This document shows, piece after piece, positions 47,579 to 61,400 of a stretch of 64,000 nt of DNA (position 1 is the stretch's first letter; each line of letters opens with the position of its first letter). The position numbers were made by a program, and so were the translations under genes. Origin of the DNA: Setoptus koraiensis. Taxonomy: Eukaryota > Animalia > Arthropoda. The notes under the pieces are model-generated. The model worked only from the letters and a program-made list of their open reading frames with translations, did no database searches and was not told the origin of the DNA. Where the stretch lies: contig CM106586.1 of the NCBI GenBank assembly GCA_048013815.1, positions 9,052,001-9,116,000 of the forward strand, in the 5' to 3' direction.

Positions 47579-48877
47579 GTCGAGTTTGTTGAGCTCAATG
47601 GGTGACATTAAAATTGTAAAATCCCATTGCGTCCTAAAACATTATAAACATTATAATATTCTCACTATTGATTGAGGCTCCAACTCGTGTCAACCAACTC
47701 GCATATTTGTACTTACAATTGTATCATTCGTTCTCTGCTCGATCACCGTCGACAAGCAGCTCCAGTCTGTTTAATCAGCGACAATCAACATTCGAAAGCA
47801 ATCCAATTTCATCTGAGATGGTGTCGGATTTCAACCACCAACAGGGCAAATTTTTTCCCCTAAGATCCCTACAAAACTCTAGGCTAACCAACGAAAATTA
47901 CTATCAATCGGATCCCCTGGCACCTCTCACTTTGGTTGTCCTGTAAGCCCGTTGGCCGACATGTAATCGGTTATAGGTACAAGCCATACACACAATCCAT
48001 ATAGCCAATCCATCGATCATTGGCAAGCTTAGCACTTGTTACAATGCTAAATGAACATAATGCTAATGTAATGTAAGAAAAAACAACGGAGAGAAGCAAC
48101 GGATTGGAGGAGAGAAGTATCACACATTTCAGATGCAAAGACAACAATCATACTAAACAAATTCATACACTAATGGTCACCAAATCTCAATTACAATCTT
48201 AATCAAACCAATAGATCGAGCTCACAATAAGACCATGTCACAACAAAAGTGTTTGCGCCACAATCAGATAAATAAAAACACATCTCATCCAACGACAACC
48301 CTTATATCTAGCGTATACCGGTTGTAGAGCAGCAAACACGTGACTCGTGCTCGCTAGAGGGCCTCAAAACCCAGTATAAAATGCAAATCGGCATAAACTA
48401 TTTAAGATAGATAAGACAGATTCGTATCATGTACAAAATGTGTGAGCGACACAACAGTTGCATGCACGACCATGATATTATTATCAAAGCTACACAATCA
48501 TTCATTTTAAATTATCGAGGAGCAACTGAGAGATTTTTCGTTCTGCACTATCACTAAATAGCAAGTATTAACCAAAATTATCCACTATTACCCGACATCC
48601 GGAAACCTACAGGCGACGAGCAAGGGTAATGAGCGAAAAGTCGCCAAATGGTCGCAATTTCGATCATCGTTCATTGTCCGCAACACTCCCCATCGAGACA
48701 ATCAACTTTGGATATTCATTTTTCATGCAATCATCGGATATAATCAATCAAATATGATCAATTCTAGATGGGCTTGTGCAAATGAATTTTCGGAGATAGA
48801 AAATAGTAAATAATAATAATAATAAAATTGCGACGAAATGTATTTGTTTTTGTATTTGGTATCTTGAGCGCCATCTG

Positions 48878-49390
48878 TCGTCTATGTTTTGTATATCCAA
48901 AAGGGTTGTAAAGATGACATTTTTGTTCGGAATGTTGCTTTGGCGAATCGAAGTTTTTTTATGAGTGGCACAGAAGAGCGATGCCGACATGCAATGGTTG
49001 GAAGAGTTGGAGCCAGAGGGGCCCTGGGGAGTGCGGGAGCAGTTGGCGCCTGCATCAGCGCTAAATTTGGATACATTAGCGAGTTCGGGTGTCCCTCCTA
49101 CTCGGTTTTCGTTTTTTTGTCCCCGTGTTGTATTTTTTTGTCGCCCGTTGACCCCTCGTTTGTTTTTTTTATTTTTGTTTTTGTTATTTTTTTTTAGTTT
49201 TTTTTTTTTGTTGTTTTTTTTTTGCAACGCCGTTGTTTTTTTTTATTTTTTGTTTTTTGTTAGTGTTTTGTGTTTTTTGTTTGTTCGTTTGTGTTGTTTT
49301 GTTTTTGTTGTGGTTGTTTGTGTTGCGTTGTTTTTTGTCCGTTTTTCCCCCCAGTTTTAATTTTCCCGTTTGTTGTTTTTTTTTGTTGTT
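48878..49390. other. Apex of the inverted repeat: progressively degraded arm copy (48878-~49100) followed by T/G-rich low-complexity sequence
   Basis: 48878-49030 still aligns loosely to the reverse complement of 49450-49581 (e.g. gccgacatgcaatggttg vs tccgacaagcactggttg), then decays into irregular T runs. Confidence 0.85.
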
Positions 49391-50889
49391 GTTGAGTAAG
49401 AGATATGTAATACTATATGTGAGAAGGATGAGGAGCTTCATGGAAAGAAGCCAATGGGGCCCCTATGGAGACAAATATGACAACCAGTGCTTGTCGGATT
49501 CGCTCTCGGTGCCATCTATAGTCGATTCGCAAAAACAAAATTCGAACAAAATTCACACACCCAGATACAAATCATAGACGTCAGATGGCGCTCAAGATAC
49601 CAAATACAAAAACAAATACATTTCGTCGCAATTTTATTATTATTATTATTTACTATTTTCTATCTCCGAAAATTCATTTGCACAAGCCCATCTAGAATTG
49701 ATCATATTTGATTGATTATATCCGATGATTGCATGAAAAATGAATATCCAAAGTTGATTGTCTCGATGGGGAGGGTTGCGGACAACGAACGATGATCGAA
49801 ATTGCGACCATTTGTCGACTTTTCGCTCATTACCCTTGCTTGTCGCCTGTAGGTTTCCGGATGTCGGGTACTAGTGGATAATTTTGGTTAATACTTGCTA
49901 TTTAGTGATAGTGCAGAACGAAAAATCTCTCAGTTGCTCCTCGATAATTTAAAATGAATGATTGTGTAGCTTTGATAATAATATCATGGTCATGCATTTC
50001 GTGCATACAACTGTTGTGTCGCTCACACATTTTGTACATGATACGAATCTGTCTTATCTATCTTAAATAGTTTATGCCGATTTGCATTTTATACTGGGTT
50101 TTGAGGCCCTCTAGCGAGCACGAGTCACGTGTTTGCTGCTCTACAACCGGTATACGCTAGATATAAGGGTTGTCGTTGGATGAGATGTGTTTTTATTTAT
50201 CTGATTGTGGCGCAAACACTTTTGTTGTGACATGGTCTTATTGTGAGCTCGATCTATTGGTTTGATTAAGATTGTAATTGAGATTTGGTGACCATTAGTG
50301 TATGAATTTGTTTAGTATGATTGTTGTCTTTGCATCTGAAATGTGTGATACTTCTCTCCTCCAATCCGTTGCTTCTCTCCGTTGTTTTTTCTTACATTAC
50401 ATTAGCATTATGTTCATTTAGCATTGTAACAAGTGCTAAGCTTGCCAATGATCGATGGATTGGCTATATGGATTGTGTGTATGGCTTGTACCTATAACCG
50501 ATTACATGTCGGCCAACGGGCTTACAGGACAACCAAAGTGAGAGGTGCCAGGGGATCCGATTGATAGTAATTTTCGTTGGTTAGCCTAGAGTTTTGTAGG
50601 GATCTTAGGGGAAAAAATTTGCCCTGTTGGTGGTTGAAATCCGACACCATCTCAGATGAAATTGGATTGCTTTCGAATGTTGATTGTCGCTGATTAAACA
50701 GACTGGAGCTGCTTGTCGACGGTGATCGAGCAGAGAACGAATGATACAATTGTAAGTACAAATATGCGAGTTGGTTGACACGAGTTGGAGCCTCAATCAA
50801 TAGTGAGAATATTATAATGTTTATAATGTTTTAGGACGCAATGGGATTTTACAATTTTAATGTCACCCATTGAGCTCAACAAACTCGAC

Positions 50890-51285
50890 TTACCCCAGCT
50901 CGCTTCGCTTGCCGATTGAATAGCCCGTTATTGTGTCGATGCCGGTGACAGCTCGCTTGTAGTAGGGAGCGGAAGTGTCACGGCGATAATACATGAGATA
51001 ACGGGGAACTTGTTGAAGAGTGCCTTTGACAATGTCATCGTCTGACAGAGATCCCGTTATCTTGGCCGCATCAAACTAATGCCACGAGCCAGTCAAATAG
51101 TACGTATGTACATGTAATGTATATTATGTAATGATTAGTGATTTGATCGAGCAATTTGGTTGTATTGGTGGCCGTCGTTGGCTCGATCATCTTACCTTGG
51201 GCTCGCGCGAAGCGCATCGGCTAACCATAATTGTTTGGCTGAGCACAATTAGAAAAGCAAAAATTTTCAGTAGATAGCTATTCAT
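50890..51285 (-). CDS. Second copy of the putative neuropeptide precursor; exons 51196-51285, 50890-51075
   Basis: Mirror of 47183-47578. The acceptor context differs (ggcattag vs ggcaccag), but the AG is kept. Confidence 0.72.
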
Positions 51286-52741
51286 TGTGGTTGTTTTATC
51301 GGACTAAATTCTCTGCTAAATAAACGATTCTGCTGATGGCTGTGAACTTGTTGTCTGAGAATGGCTGTTGTGCAAAAAAATTTGTTGTTTAGTGGAAATT
51401 ATTTTGTTATTTACTGCTAACTGATGCTCAATGTGCCGGCAATTGTGAGACTAGCGACAGCGATCGAATGACACCAAGTGACGATGTTACCGATGACTGA
51501 CAAAAACGCGCTATGATGGCAAATTTGGCTGAAATTGATTGCTTTTATACTTTTCAGAGGCCCTACTTTGCCCAATTACGAGGCACGTCTACATGACCCC
51601 AGTTCGCTCAAATGACATTTCGTTTTGGCGTCATGTCATTTGGCGTCATGTCAATGGCAAATCTCGGCCGCTTTTCCCGGTCAATTGTGGGCCCCTTTTC
51701 ATTTGGGCTGTCATGTGTATTGAGATGTTCATCGACTATTGATACTATTGCCATGACATCATCAAAATACATCATGATACGTCATGACAGTTTGACGAGC
51801 ACGAGCCGGCTTCATCAGATTGTGGCCACACATCAATTCAATTGTCCGCACACTCTCTGATTGGCTCATTGGTGGCGTATTACGGCGTCTCATTCATACC
51901 AAATCACACAATTTGGTTGGCCGGGCAAACGGAAATTCATTGCCATCATGGTTTGTCATTATGGCGGTGAACTCATCAAATTAGTCAAGTTATATTGACA
52001 CAACTGTTGGCCGCTTTTGTCCGGCTTTTTGCTGGTTATTAACCTAGGCTGTCGGGGTTGTTATTAGTGTGCCCTTAGTTATCTGTTGCCACACCGGCTA
52101 GGCAGGCCAAAAAAAGTTTGCAAAAAGAGATTCGGGCGAAAAAAGCTGGCGCATAATAATGTTTCTATTCACGGTGCGCCCTCTGTGAATAGATGCCCCG
52201 GGATGGGGCCCCTATGGCGTCGCATCGTGAACTCCCAAGCCGGCCGCATCTACCTAGGTCACACACACACACACGCAGCAAGAGATGGGGCCCCGAACAG
52301 ACGTTGGGTCGTCTGTCTGGGCAACAAGAGTCACTTTGCATAGCATAGGTCGCCAATTCTTTTCAAATTTTTGCTCTCTATCTGTCGTTGGTTTCTTTTT
52401 TGCCCGCTGGCTGCCTGAATTGCTCGATGAATCGCTTGCACGGGCTTGCACGCGCCACCCGCATGCTTTTTAGGCCTCTTGCTCGGGCTCAATCGGGAGG
52501 CCGGCGGATCTTTGTTGGGGGGCACGGCGTGAATTTGAATCAGTGCCTCGACATTGAATTGCGGCGCCCCAAAGTCGACAGCGACGACACACAAAATCCG
52601 CGTAATCATGCGTATGCGAGAAACGTTCATTAAATCGCCATTTAGCCGCCTGTCCATCGATAGGCCACCTACATGGCGGACATATAGACGGCATATAGCC
52701 GCCGAGGAACAGAAAAAAAGCTCGCCAAGTCGCTAGGCGCG

Positions 52742-52802
52742 CCGCTGAAGCCCGCTAGATGTCGGCGCCGGCAAGAAGCCCACATCTAGCGGGTTTCAGC
52801 GG
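52742..52802. repeat. Mirror copy of the 61-bp hairpin, in the same + orientation as 45669-45729
   Basis: The + strand string is identical to 45669-45729, although its flanks are reverse-complemented. Confidence 0.93.
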
Positions 52803-53461
52803 TCAAATAGCGGCGGCGGTTTTAGCCTATTTTTAGCCCCGCGACGATCGAGCGACACTTTTCAACTGAATTCCGCATTTAAACATTGAATTTTAAAGCG
52901 ACCAGCTCCAAGTCCGGCCACACCAGTCCATATGTTTGAGTGCACTCTCGCGCCGGTTGCAAGGGTACCGCTTTTCGCCCGAAGCTGAACTTTGCCGCTC
53001 GCAACCAAAAAGCCGGCCCGCCGAGCGGCCCAGCGGACGACCCAAGTCAGTTTCGTCGATTGTCTCTCGGTGCCGGGCAACGGGTGCCAACTGGTTCGCG
53101 AGAATCGATCTATTCTCGCCCGATTATCGCCCGATTCTTGCCCTTTCGTCGCTCAAATCGCCGGAACACGAGATTTCGTCTCCATGGTGACGGGTCCCTT
53201 TGACAGTTTGTCAGCGCCAGACCCAGGTTGCCAGCGCCATCTGGCAACCTGGGACATTCCGTTAGTTGGTGACAGTGCTCGCGCGCAAGCCAGAGTTGGC
53301 CGCCAAGCGGAGCATCGCCAGTTTAAACTGGCCCCTGGTTTTGAGATGGCCGGCCAGCCGGAGCTCATTTGCGCGCCCCTTAATAGTCTGTAACAGTTGT
53401 TATTATTAGTTATTACACATTAGTTATTATCATGCTGCAATTTAATTTCATCACTGAATCG

Positions 53462-53530
53462 CTGGTTATCGCTGGATATCGGCGTTGGTTATCGCTGGAT
53501 ATCGGCGTTGGTTATCGCTGGATATCGGCG
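53462..53530. repeat. 23-bp tandem repeat, 3 copies (mirror of 44895-45008)
   Basis: Three units of (c/t)tggttatcgctggatatcggcg. Confidence 0.95.
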
Positions 53531-56500
53531 CCACCAAGCGACCATTATTCAGTGTGGCAGTGGCATGGTGAGGCGAGAGCAAGTGTCACGAAATTATCAC
53601 TTAGATTGTCACTTGATGCTTGCCACTGGCGATAATGGCCCCAAGCGAGCGTCAACCTTTAATCAGTCGACCGGCTCGCTGGCTAACGGGGCGCCATGAT
53701 ATGCGCCATGCACCAGCGCCAATCCGGTTAGTTGGTGGGGCCCGGTTAGACGCACCGCGACGCAACAGCGGCACTCGGGCCATTGTTGTAGTTGTTGTGG
53801 CTAGTGACGGTGGTGCCAGACAACAACAGCAACTGCCCGAAGTGAGTGGCGGACCGGACCGGTCCGGTCCGGTTTTGGCGCGCCAGTCGGGCAGACAAGA
53901 AAAGCCGAGACGAGACAAGACAAGACGGGACACAGAGGCCAGCCGGAATCAGGCAGAAATTAATGGAGTGCATGATATATATGATATAGTTGATATATTG
54001 CCTACTCTTACATAACAAACCATATATGTGTGAGCCAGCGTGTAAAAACCATATATAACAGCACATATGAGGCATACATAAATGATATATAAATATTGGG
54101 GCGCATCGCCATCCAATAAGCGTGTCGTTAGCACCGTTATTTGGGGCCAGCGGGTCCAATATAAACAAATATGAGCGCCGTGCATTGTGCCGGCAAGACA
54201 AGTAGTAGTTGCTCGTTACGTAAGTGAGGCCGCCACTATCTTGTAAATTGACTATGTGCTTTGGCTAACAAAGTGACTGTCGCGCCCGACAAATAACTCC
54301 ACCGGCGCCAGGCTCATTGTTGTTCATCGGGCCCGCCAACACACAATGCCTTTTCATCTTGGCCCTTCTCACTCACACTTTGGGCCCCAAACTTGTCGGC
54401 CGAGCACATTCCAACAATGTGTCTGGCCGCTCATAGCCATACAGATCGCTATATAGTGCAAATATATGCCATTTATGCGCCCCTTAGCACCGTCAGTGTG
54501 AGGCGCACGGCCCGACAATGGCCAACAATTACCCGGTCGCCATGATTACAACGCCACTAGACAAGAAATAGGATCAGCGAAATCGAGAGGCGCCCCAAAG
54601 AAAGAGATTGCTCGTATGGCGCCGATATTAAACAACATTTCAATATATATTCTGTGTTGTGAGCCGCACCAGCCGCAAATATATTGCCGCATTGTGACTC
54701 ACAATTTGTGAGGTTTTGTGGCGCGCCGGCCGGACATTGGGGGCCGCGCGGGTTGCCAGACGGTCAATGTCTGCGCGCCCGACACTTGATCGCGCCGGGC
54801 CGGCCAAATGGACAAACGGGCCAAATGACGCTGGTCAGTTTGTCGCGCTCATTCCATTCGGGCGACAAATTGTCCGCCGCTTAGTGTGTGACCTAAAAAC
54901 CGCCGCTCCAATATTCGTCGGGCCGACTTGTTTTGGGGCCCAACAAGCGGCGACCGGCGACCGTAGCGAGGGAGAACAAGATTAAATGATGATTAATCAA
55001 TGGACAATATGATTATGATGATGATATAAATGATTAATGAACACAATCCACCATCGCTGTGCACACTAAGCCGGGCCCCCCCCCCAATCTACCTGCGAGC
55101 CGCTTTAATCAAATTGTGGGCACAAAGGCGCCCCCAATGGTGGCAATAACTGGCACTGCTGTCATTTGACTTGTCTGTTGATTGTGAGCGACGATAGTGA
55201 CGCTTATTGCTACCATATCATATCATGGCAACATCTCCTTGGCTTCTCTTCTGGGCCTCTCTTCTTCGTTTGGTTGGGCTTCTCGGCGCAATTATTGCCC
55301 CGCAATTACATAATAGATATTTAATTAAACAGTGTGCACGCCAAAACAATGTTGTTGTGCCAACATTGTTGTGCTGCGGATCGCGTCGAGATTTGGGCCA
55401 GGGTCGTGGCTCGTCAGCGGCAGCTTTGGGGCCGATTTTGATCGCAAACTGGCAAGCAAACGGAAATGTTGTTGCCGATTACAACAAGTAGTAGTTGGCC
55501 GTTGCGCCAATTGATGCACTCGCTAATTGACGGGGCCCCACAATCACTTGTTAGCCGGCATTGTGCCGGAAAAGCAATTTTGCTTGCAATCGAGTGGCCC
55601 GAGACGATGGCAGCTCGAGATGCGCTCGCTGTGCTCTCTGCTGTCAGCTAGCGTTTGACTTTGGGGCCCGCCGACTGTGGGGCCCGCTGACTGTGGGGCC
55701 CGTTGACTGTGTGGAGCAGAGGACAAAAAGTGTCCCCACACGTCAACATAACAAGTGCGCAACGGTTGGTTCCGCAGTAATGACTCGAGCTCACTGCTAT
55801 TGAGCGAAATTCTTTGGGGCGTTTTGGGGGCCCCGAGCCGACGCGCCGCTCTGAGTGTGTCAGAAATGTCATATTGTGTGTAAGGTCACACACACACACA
55901 CGCACACACACAATGTGGCACCATGTATTTACACACTTGCTGCAGCGGTTGCAGTTGTGGTGGTTGTGGTTGTTGGCGGTGGCGTTGTTGTCGCCAGTGG
56001 TGTCGCATTGTGTCACGCTGCTGTATTGACTGGGTGAGGCGACGCGCAACTGGCTGTTTGATTTGCAATCTGGTTCTCTGAGAAATACACACACACACTC
56101 GACAAAATATCAATCGAGCGAGCAGAGAGATCGTTTAGCCGGGCCTTGTCTGCCCGAGAGCGAGAGAGCCCAACAACTGCAACAACTGCAACCGCTGCAA
56201 CAACTGCAACCGCTGCAACAACTGCAACCACTGCCACTGCCTCAACGACGACCGGCACAACAGCTTACATAATCCGATTAAATCACGACGACATGACAAG
56301 CAAGAGATGAAGAGTTTACCTGAGTGACACACACACCTAGCTAACGAGCGCCCAGTTTGTTTATTTCGAGAAGCGATCGCCAGTGTGCGAGCAGCGCAAA
56401 AGTTATTTATAAGCAAAATATAAATTTAAGCCGTTGCCACCCTAGCCGGCAGCCAGCAGCCAGCCGAAGCCAGCCGAAGCCAGCGACAGCCGGCAACAGC

Positions 56501-58482
56501 AACAGCGATATTACGTCATCTCTTGGCAGGGTAACAGTAATCGCCTAAATAGTTGTCACAAGATAGCTGCGAATGTTGTTGTGTTTAATTGATTTGTTAT
56601 TAGCTGCACAGATAGCGCCCGCAAACAAAACTGTTGCCACTGGCTTTGGTGCGGCGCAACGGCGGTGCAAAGATTAAATCAAATCCACCATTTACGAAGC
56701 AAGAAGCCAATTCGAAATCGAAGCAGCAAGCGACAATCGTCGACGCGACAAGCAGCAGCAACAGCATCAGGCGAGACAAGTCAGCTTGTGGAATCTTCTT
56801 TTACTTGTTTAGGTTTTAATTTACATCTATAGAGAGGCTGGCTTACGCTGGCATTGTGTTCGCATAGATTAAATAGAAGTCGCAATTGGAGATCGAAGCT
56901 ATCACAAATCGCACATTGGCAACAAGCAACAACACACTGGCTAGCAATGGTTCAATGGATTAACATTGGCGACAAAATAAACCATTGATAATCAGCGATC
57001 GATAAGCGTCAAAATAATAATAATAATAATCTTTTCTCTTGTACCTGTCTCGCTGGTTAGCTAGCTGGCTGGCTGGCTGGCTCGCCGACTATCGAGCCGT
57101 CTATCGAGCCGTCTAGCGAGCCCACTGTCGAGCCGTCTATCGAGCCCACTGTCGGGCTAACAGGCTGCATTGGCTCACAAACTATCGAGCTGGCTCGCTC
57201 AATGTCTGGCTGGCTGTTAATCGCTGCTGCCCGCAATAATCTGCTTCTGCTCAATCATTTGTTGTTGGTGGTGCCAGTGATGTTGCTGCCAATGGGGTTC
57301 CCATGGGAATGAGCAACAGCAACAACAACAGCGACAACAACAGCGACAACAACAGCGACAACAACAGCGACAACAACAACGACAACAAACAAACAGTGGT
57401 CGTTGGCCAGCAAACGAGCAGCAACACCAACACACATAATACAAACATGGTATAAAAGTTTGCCATTTATCTCGTTAATTGTATCACTTGACATCACTTG
57501 AGCATCAACAGCTACATCTAAATTTAGACAATTAATTAATTTTTAGGCAAATCCGCAAATCAAGTCCGCAATTAGCGCTGCCAGCGCAACAATAACAGGC
57601 CGCTGACCTAGAAATTGTATGCCACAACACAGTGGTGGCAATTGTAATTTATCAGTGTGTCAGTGTGTTTCATCAACAGTGTCTAATCAACGGTCTAATC
57701 AACAGCTTGCCGAGCGCACCACCGCTCACCTTGCCTGACACCGTCGGCCGGCTCATTGAACGCAAGCTCTTGAAGCTGTTGAGCGGCGAGCCTCGCTTGG
57801 CACAATCGGCGGCCTAATAATATATTCAAATTAGATAATAGTCCAAACGACAACGACATCACCATCAACATCAACAGATTAGTATGCAAAATGACTTGTG
57901 CAACCGCCACTAACTAATCGTTTTGTCCGACATGTTCAAATATCGTCGTTGCTCAACGCTAACCCTTTTTCAGTCACGTAAGATCACCTAACAAACAACA
58001 AACAACAACATGTTCAATTACAAACAATTTACCTATGCCTGCCTGTGCATATGGTACACGCATTGATACATGCAACTTCAAAGCGATCAGCCCAACTCAC
58101 TCAACTGACACTAACAAGCTCGACGATTTGCCTAGACCAATTAGCTCGTCGGATGATCATACAAACAATAATATTAATAATAATTGCTTGCCAATTTAGT
58201 CGCGTTAGCGCCAATTTATTCCAACATCCCGGCATCGCGATCGCCGCTCAATGGTCGCATCTCCGGCACCGAATCGGCACCGAATCAGCACCCAATTAGC
58301 ACCATAACAAAACAACCAAAACAACACATATTATTAGCTCATTAGTACAACAATTGTAGCTTGCTGAACGAACATTGCGATTGTCGCAGGAATTGTTATC
58401 ATTATTATTATCATTATTACTATTTTATTTTATAGGACAACTAGTAGCGACAGGTGAATATCAGATCGTGTAATCGTCATCA

Positions 58483-61400
58483 ATGAATAGCAGCGGCAAA
58501 CAGCAGCAGCAGTCCAGTTTAGCAGGCAATCATCAGACGCTCGAGCGGCCCTCAAGGGCTCAATTGACAGGACCCGCGCTGGAAAGGGACCACGATTTGT
58601 CCAAAATTCAGGAGGAGCTGGAGCTGGATCTGGAGCAATCGTTGGCGTCGTCGTCGGCTCTGCACCAGCAACAGCCGCCCACGCAAGCACTAGATTCAGC
58701 AAACAAGCAACGTGCACTGACATACACAGAGAGAGTTAGGCACAAATTGTCGTCGATGGTCAATTCAAAGAAGCAAAAACATTTCCATCACCACGAAGAG
58801 GCCGCTGGCCTCAATCAAGAGGCCCAGTTCTCGATCGATTCTGACGCTCGTGACCAATACAAACAGAGCACACAAAAACGAAACGAGTTGGTCACGAATG
58901 TACACGCAAACATCCTCCACGATAGCAACGTTCCACAACAACAACATCAACAACAACAACAGCAACAACAGCAACAACAGCAACAACAGCAACAACAGCA
59001 GCAACAACAACAACTGCAACAACAACGTTATGCAATGACCAATGCAACAGCCACTAACAGCAGCGACAATTATCTGTCCGACAATAGGAATGCAATGGCC
59101 TCTTCTTCTGCACCGGCACGCGCCACAACTAGCTTGATTAATAGCAAACAATTGCTATAATAATGTGACGCTAGATAATAACAGCGAATGCTCATTGCTG
59201 TTTAATAGCACAAACAAGGATAATCGATTAACAAACAACAGTTATAATCAGCCAAATGCCACCAGCCTAAAGGTGGTGGCATGTCCCGATGGGCACTCGT
59301 TCAAGCAAGTGGTGGTGTCTAATCCAAAATTCAACACCTCAACTAGCGCCGCATCAAACACCCAAAATATCCAGAATACTCTAAACTCTAGCTGCAATCA
59401 AAGTGGCAACCAAAATAACCAAAGTAGCAACCAAAGTAGCAACCAAAACAACCAAAACACAACCACTAATACCGCCACCACTACCACCACCACAACCACT
59501 ACAACTACCACTACAGGCAACATTAGATCGCCCGATGGTTCGTCGTCTCTGAATTCTTCGGCGCTCAACAGTTGCGCCATGTCCAAATCAAGCTCAGAAA
59601 TTAGATTGCGTTGGGGCAAAAAAATGGATTTTCTATTATCAATTATTGGCTTTGCTGTTGATTTAGCCAACATATGGCGCTTTCCCTATTTATGTTACAA
59701 AAACGGGGGCGGCGTTTTTTTAATACCCTATATTATAATGTTAATCTTTGGCGGAATTCCGTTATTCTTTTTAGAGTTATTACTAGGTCAATTTGTCAAG
59801 AAGGGGCCCATAACCGTTTGGAACAAAATTTGTCCCTCGATGAAGGGCGTCGGTTATTGCAGCATACTCATTTCGTGGTACGTGTCCTTTTACTACAATG
59901 TCCTCATAGCCTGGAGTGTCTATTTTATATACAGGAGCATTTCATCGAGTGAGTATTACCCATGATTATTATTCGAATATTAGCCCATCGTTGAATCAGC
60001 CAATGTCGGCTCAATTGATATTATAATTATATAATAATATCAATCCGCGCTCAATATAATTATTATTATGTAGCCCCATAATAATAATATACATAATAAT
60101 AATGATAATATAATAGCTGCCGTGATTGTTTTCGGCCACATGCCACTAGTCTAAAGATACTATACTAGAGTAAGATAGTCCCTTTTTAACCTTGTCAACT
60201 TTTGGTTAAATTAATTTGGCCCCACTTCTGACAGCTGCTAAAATGCCGTGGGAAGAGTGCAATCACGAATGGAACAATGCAACTTGTATGTCTATTAGAC
60301 AATTGAGAGACTTGTGCAGTCCGAAAAACATGAGTCTAGAGGCTTGTAAGGCGGAACTGTTCTCCCAGAGGGAGATCACATCCCCGGCATCAGAGTTCTT
60401 TGTGAAAGAACTGCTTGAGCTGGATAAATCGACCGGTCTCGAGGACATGGGCTACCTGAGGCCAGGATTGGTGGTGTGCACCTTGGTGGTGTATACGTTG
60501 CATTTTTTCTCGCTATTTAGAGGTCTGGAAACATCAGGCAAGGTGAGTGGTGTCTGTGACTTGCGTAACAATTATAATATATGAAATTATTTATAATCTC
60601 ATGTATATGTACACGATATCCGATGATCTATATATTATTTTGTTATCATTGTTATTATATCTGTTATTCCGACTCGGTCGTCAGGTCGTCTGGGTGACCG
60701 CCACCGCGCCCTACATGATACTCACTGTCTTGCTTGTGCGAGGCCTATTTCTGCCAGGAGCGGGTATGGGTATTGCATACTATTTGTCGCCAAGATTAGA
60801 GAAATTGGCCGATCCACAAGTTTGGGTGGACGCCGCCGGACAGGTATTCTATTCCATCGGTGTGGGCTTCGGCGTCCATCTCACCTACGCCTCATTCAAT
60901 GGCCACAATAATAATTGTTACAGGTGAGTTAGCGATCTTATACACTGGCATATTTTGCAACAACAGTTAATTCACCATATTCGTTTTTACCACTACTGTT
61001 TACATCAACTGTTTTATAGGGATTGTTTGGTGACGTCTGCCGTCAATGCTGCCACATCCATATATTCGGGTCTAGTCGTTTTTGTCTACTTGGGTTACAT
61101 GGCCACCAATCTGGGCATAGAGATTGACAAGGTGGCAAAAGAGGGCTACAGTCTAGTGTTTGAGGTCTATCCAGAGGCCCTCACCACGCTACCATTCGCT
61201 CAATTTTGGTCTATACTATTCTTCATTATGTTGCTCACTTTGGGCATCGATTCAGCGGTAAGCTTGCCTAGAAAAAAAGACAAATCACTGCTTTTTACTT
61301 TTTATCACTTGCTTTTTTCTTCTTCGTTTTTTTTTTTTCACAACTCGCTAATAATTGTTCTCGCATAACGTTACTTGCCACGTTATGTCATGATCTGACA

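Larger units (their letters stand above)
34417..48877. repeat. Left arm of a giant inverted repeat (pairs with 49582-64000; may extend further left and beyond the window)
   Basis: Position 64000 pairs with 34417 and 49582 pairs with 48877. Every ORF in 35.7-48.9 kb has a mirrored counterpart on the opposite strand at 49.6-64 kb. Confidence 0.98.

Noticed and set aside
49100-49390. Telomere or hairpin chromosome end at the palindrome apex
   Set aside because: There is no regular telomeric unit such as TTAGG; the T/G runs are aperiodic.
48748-49577. Lys/Asn-rich and Phe-rich ORFs across the apex
   Set aside because: They are translations of T-rich low-complexity sequence that looks like base-calling noise.
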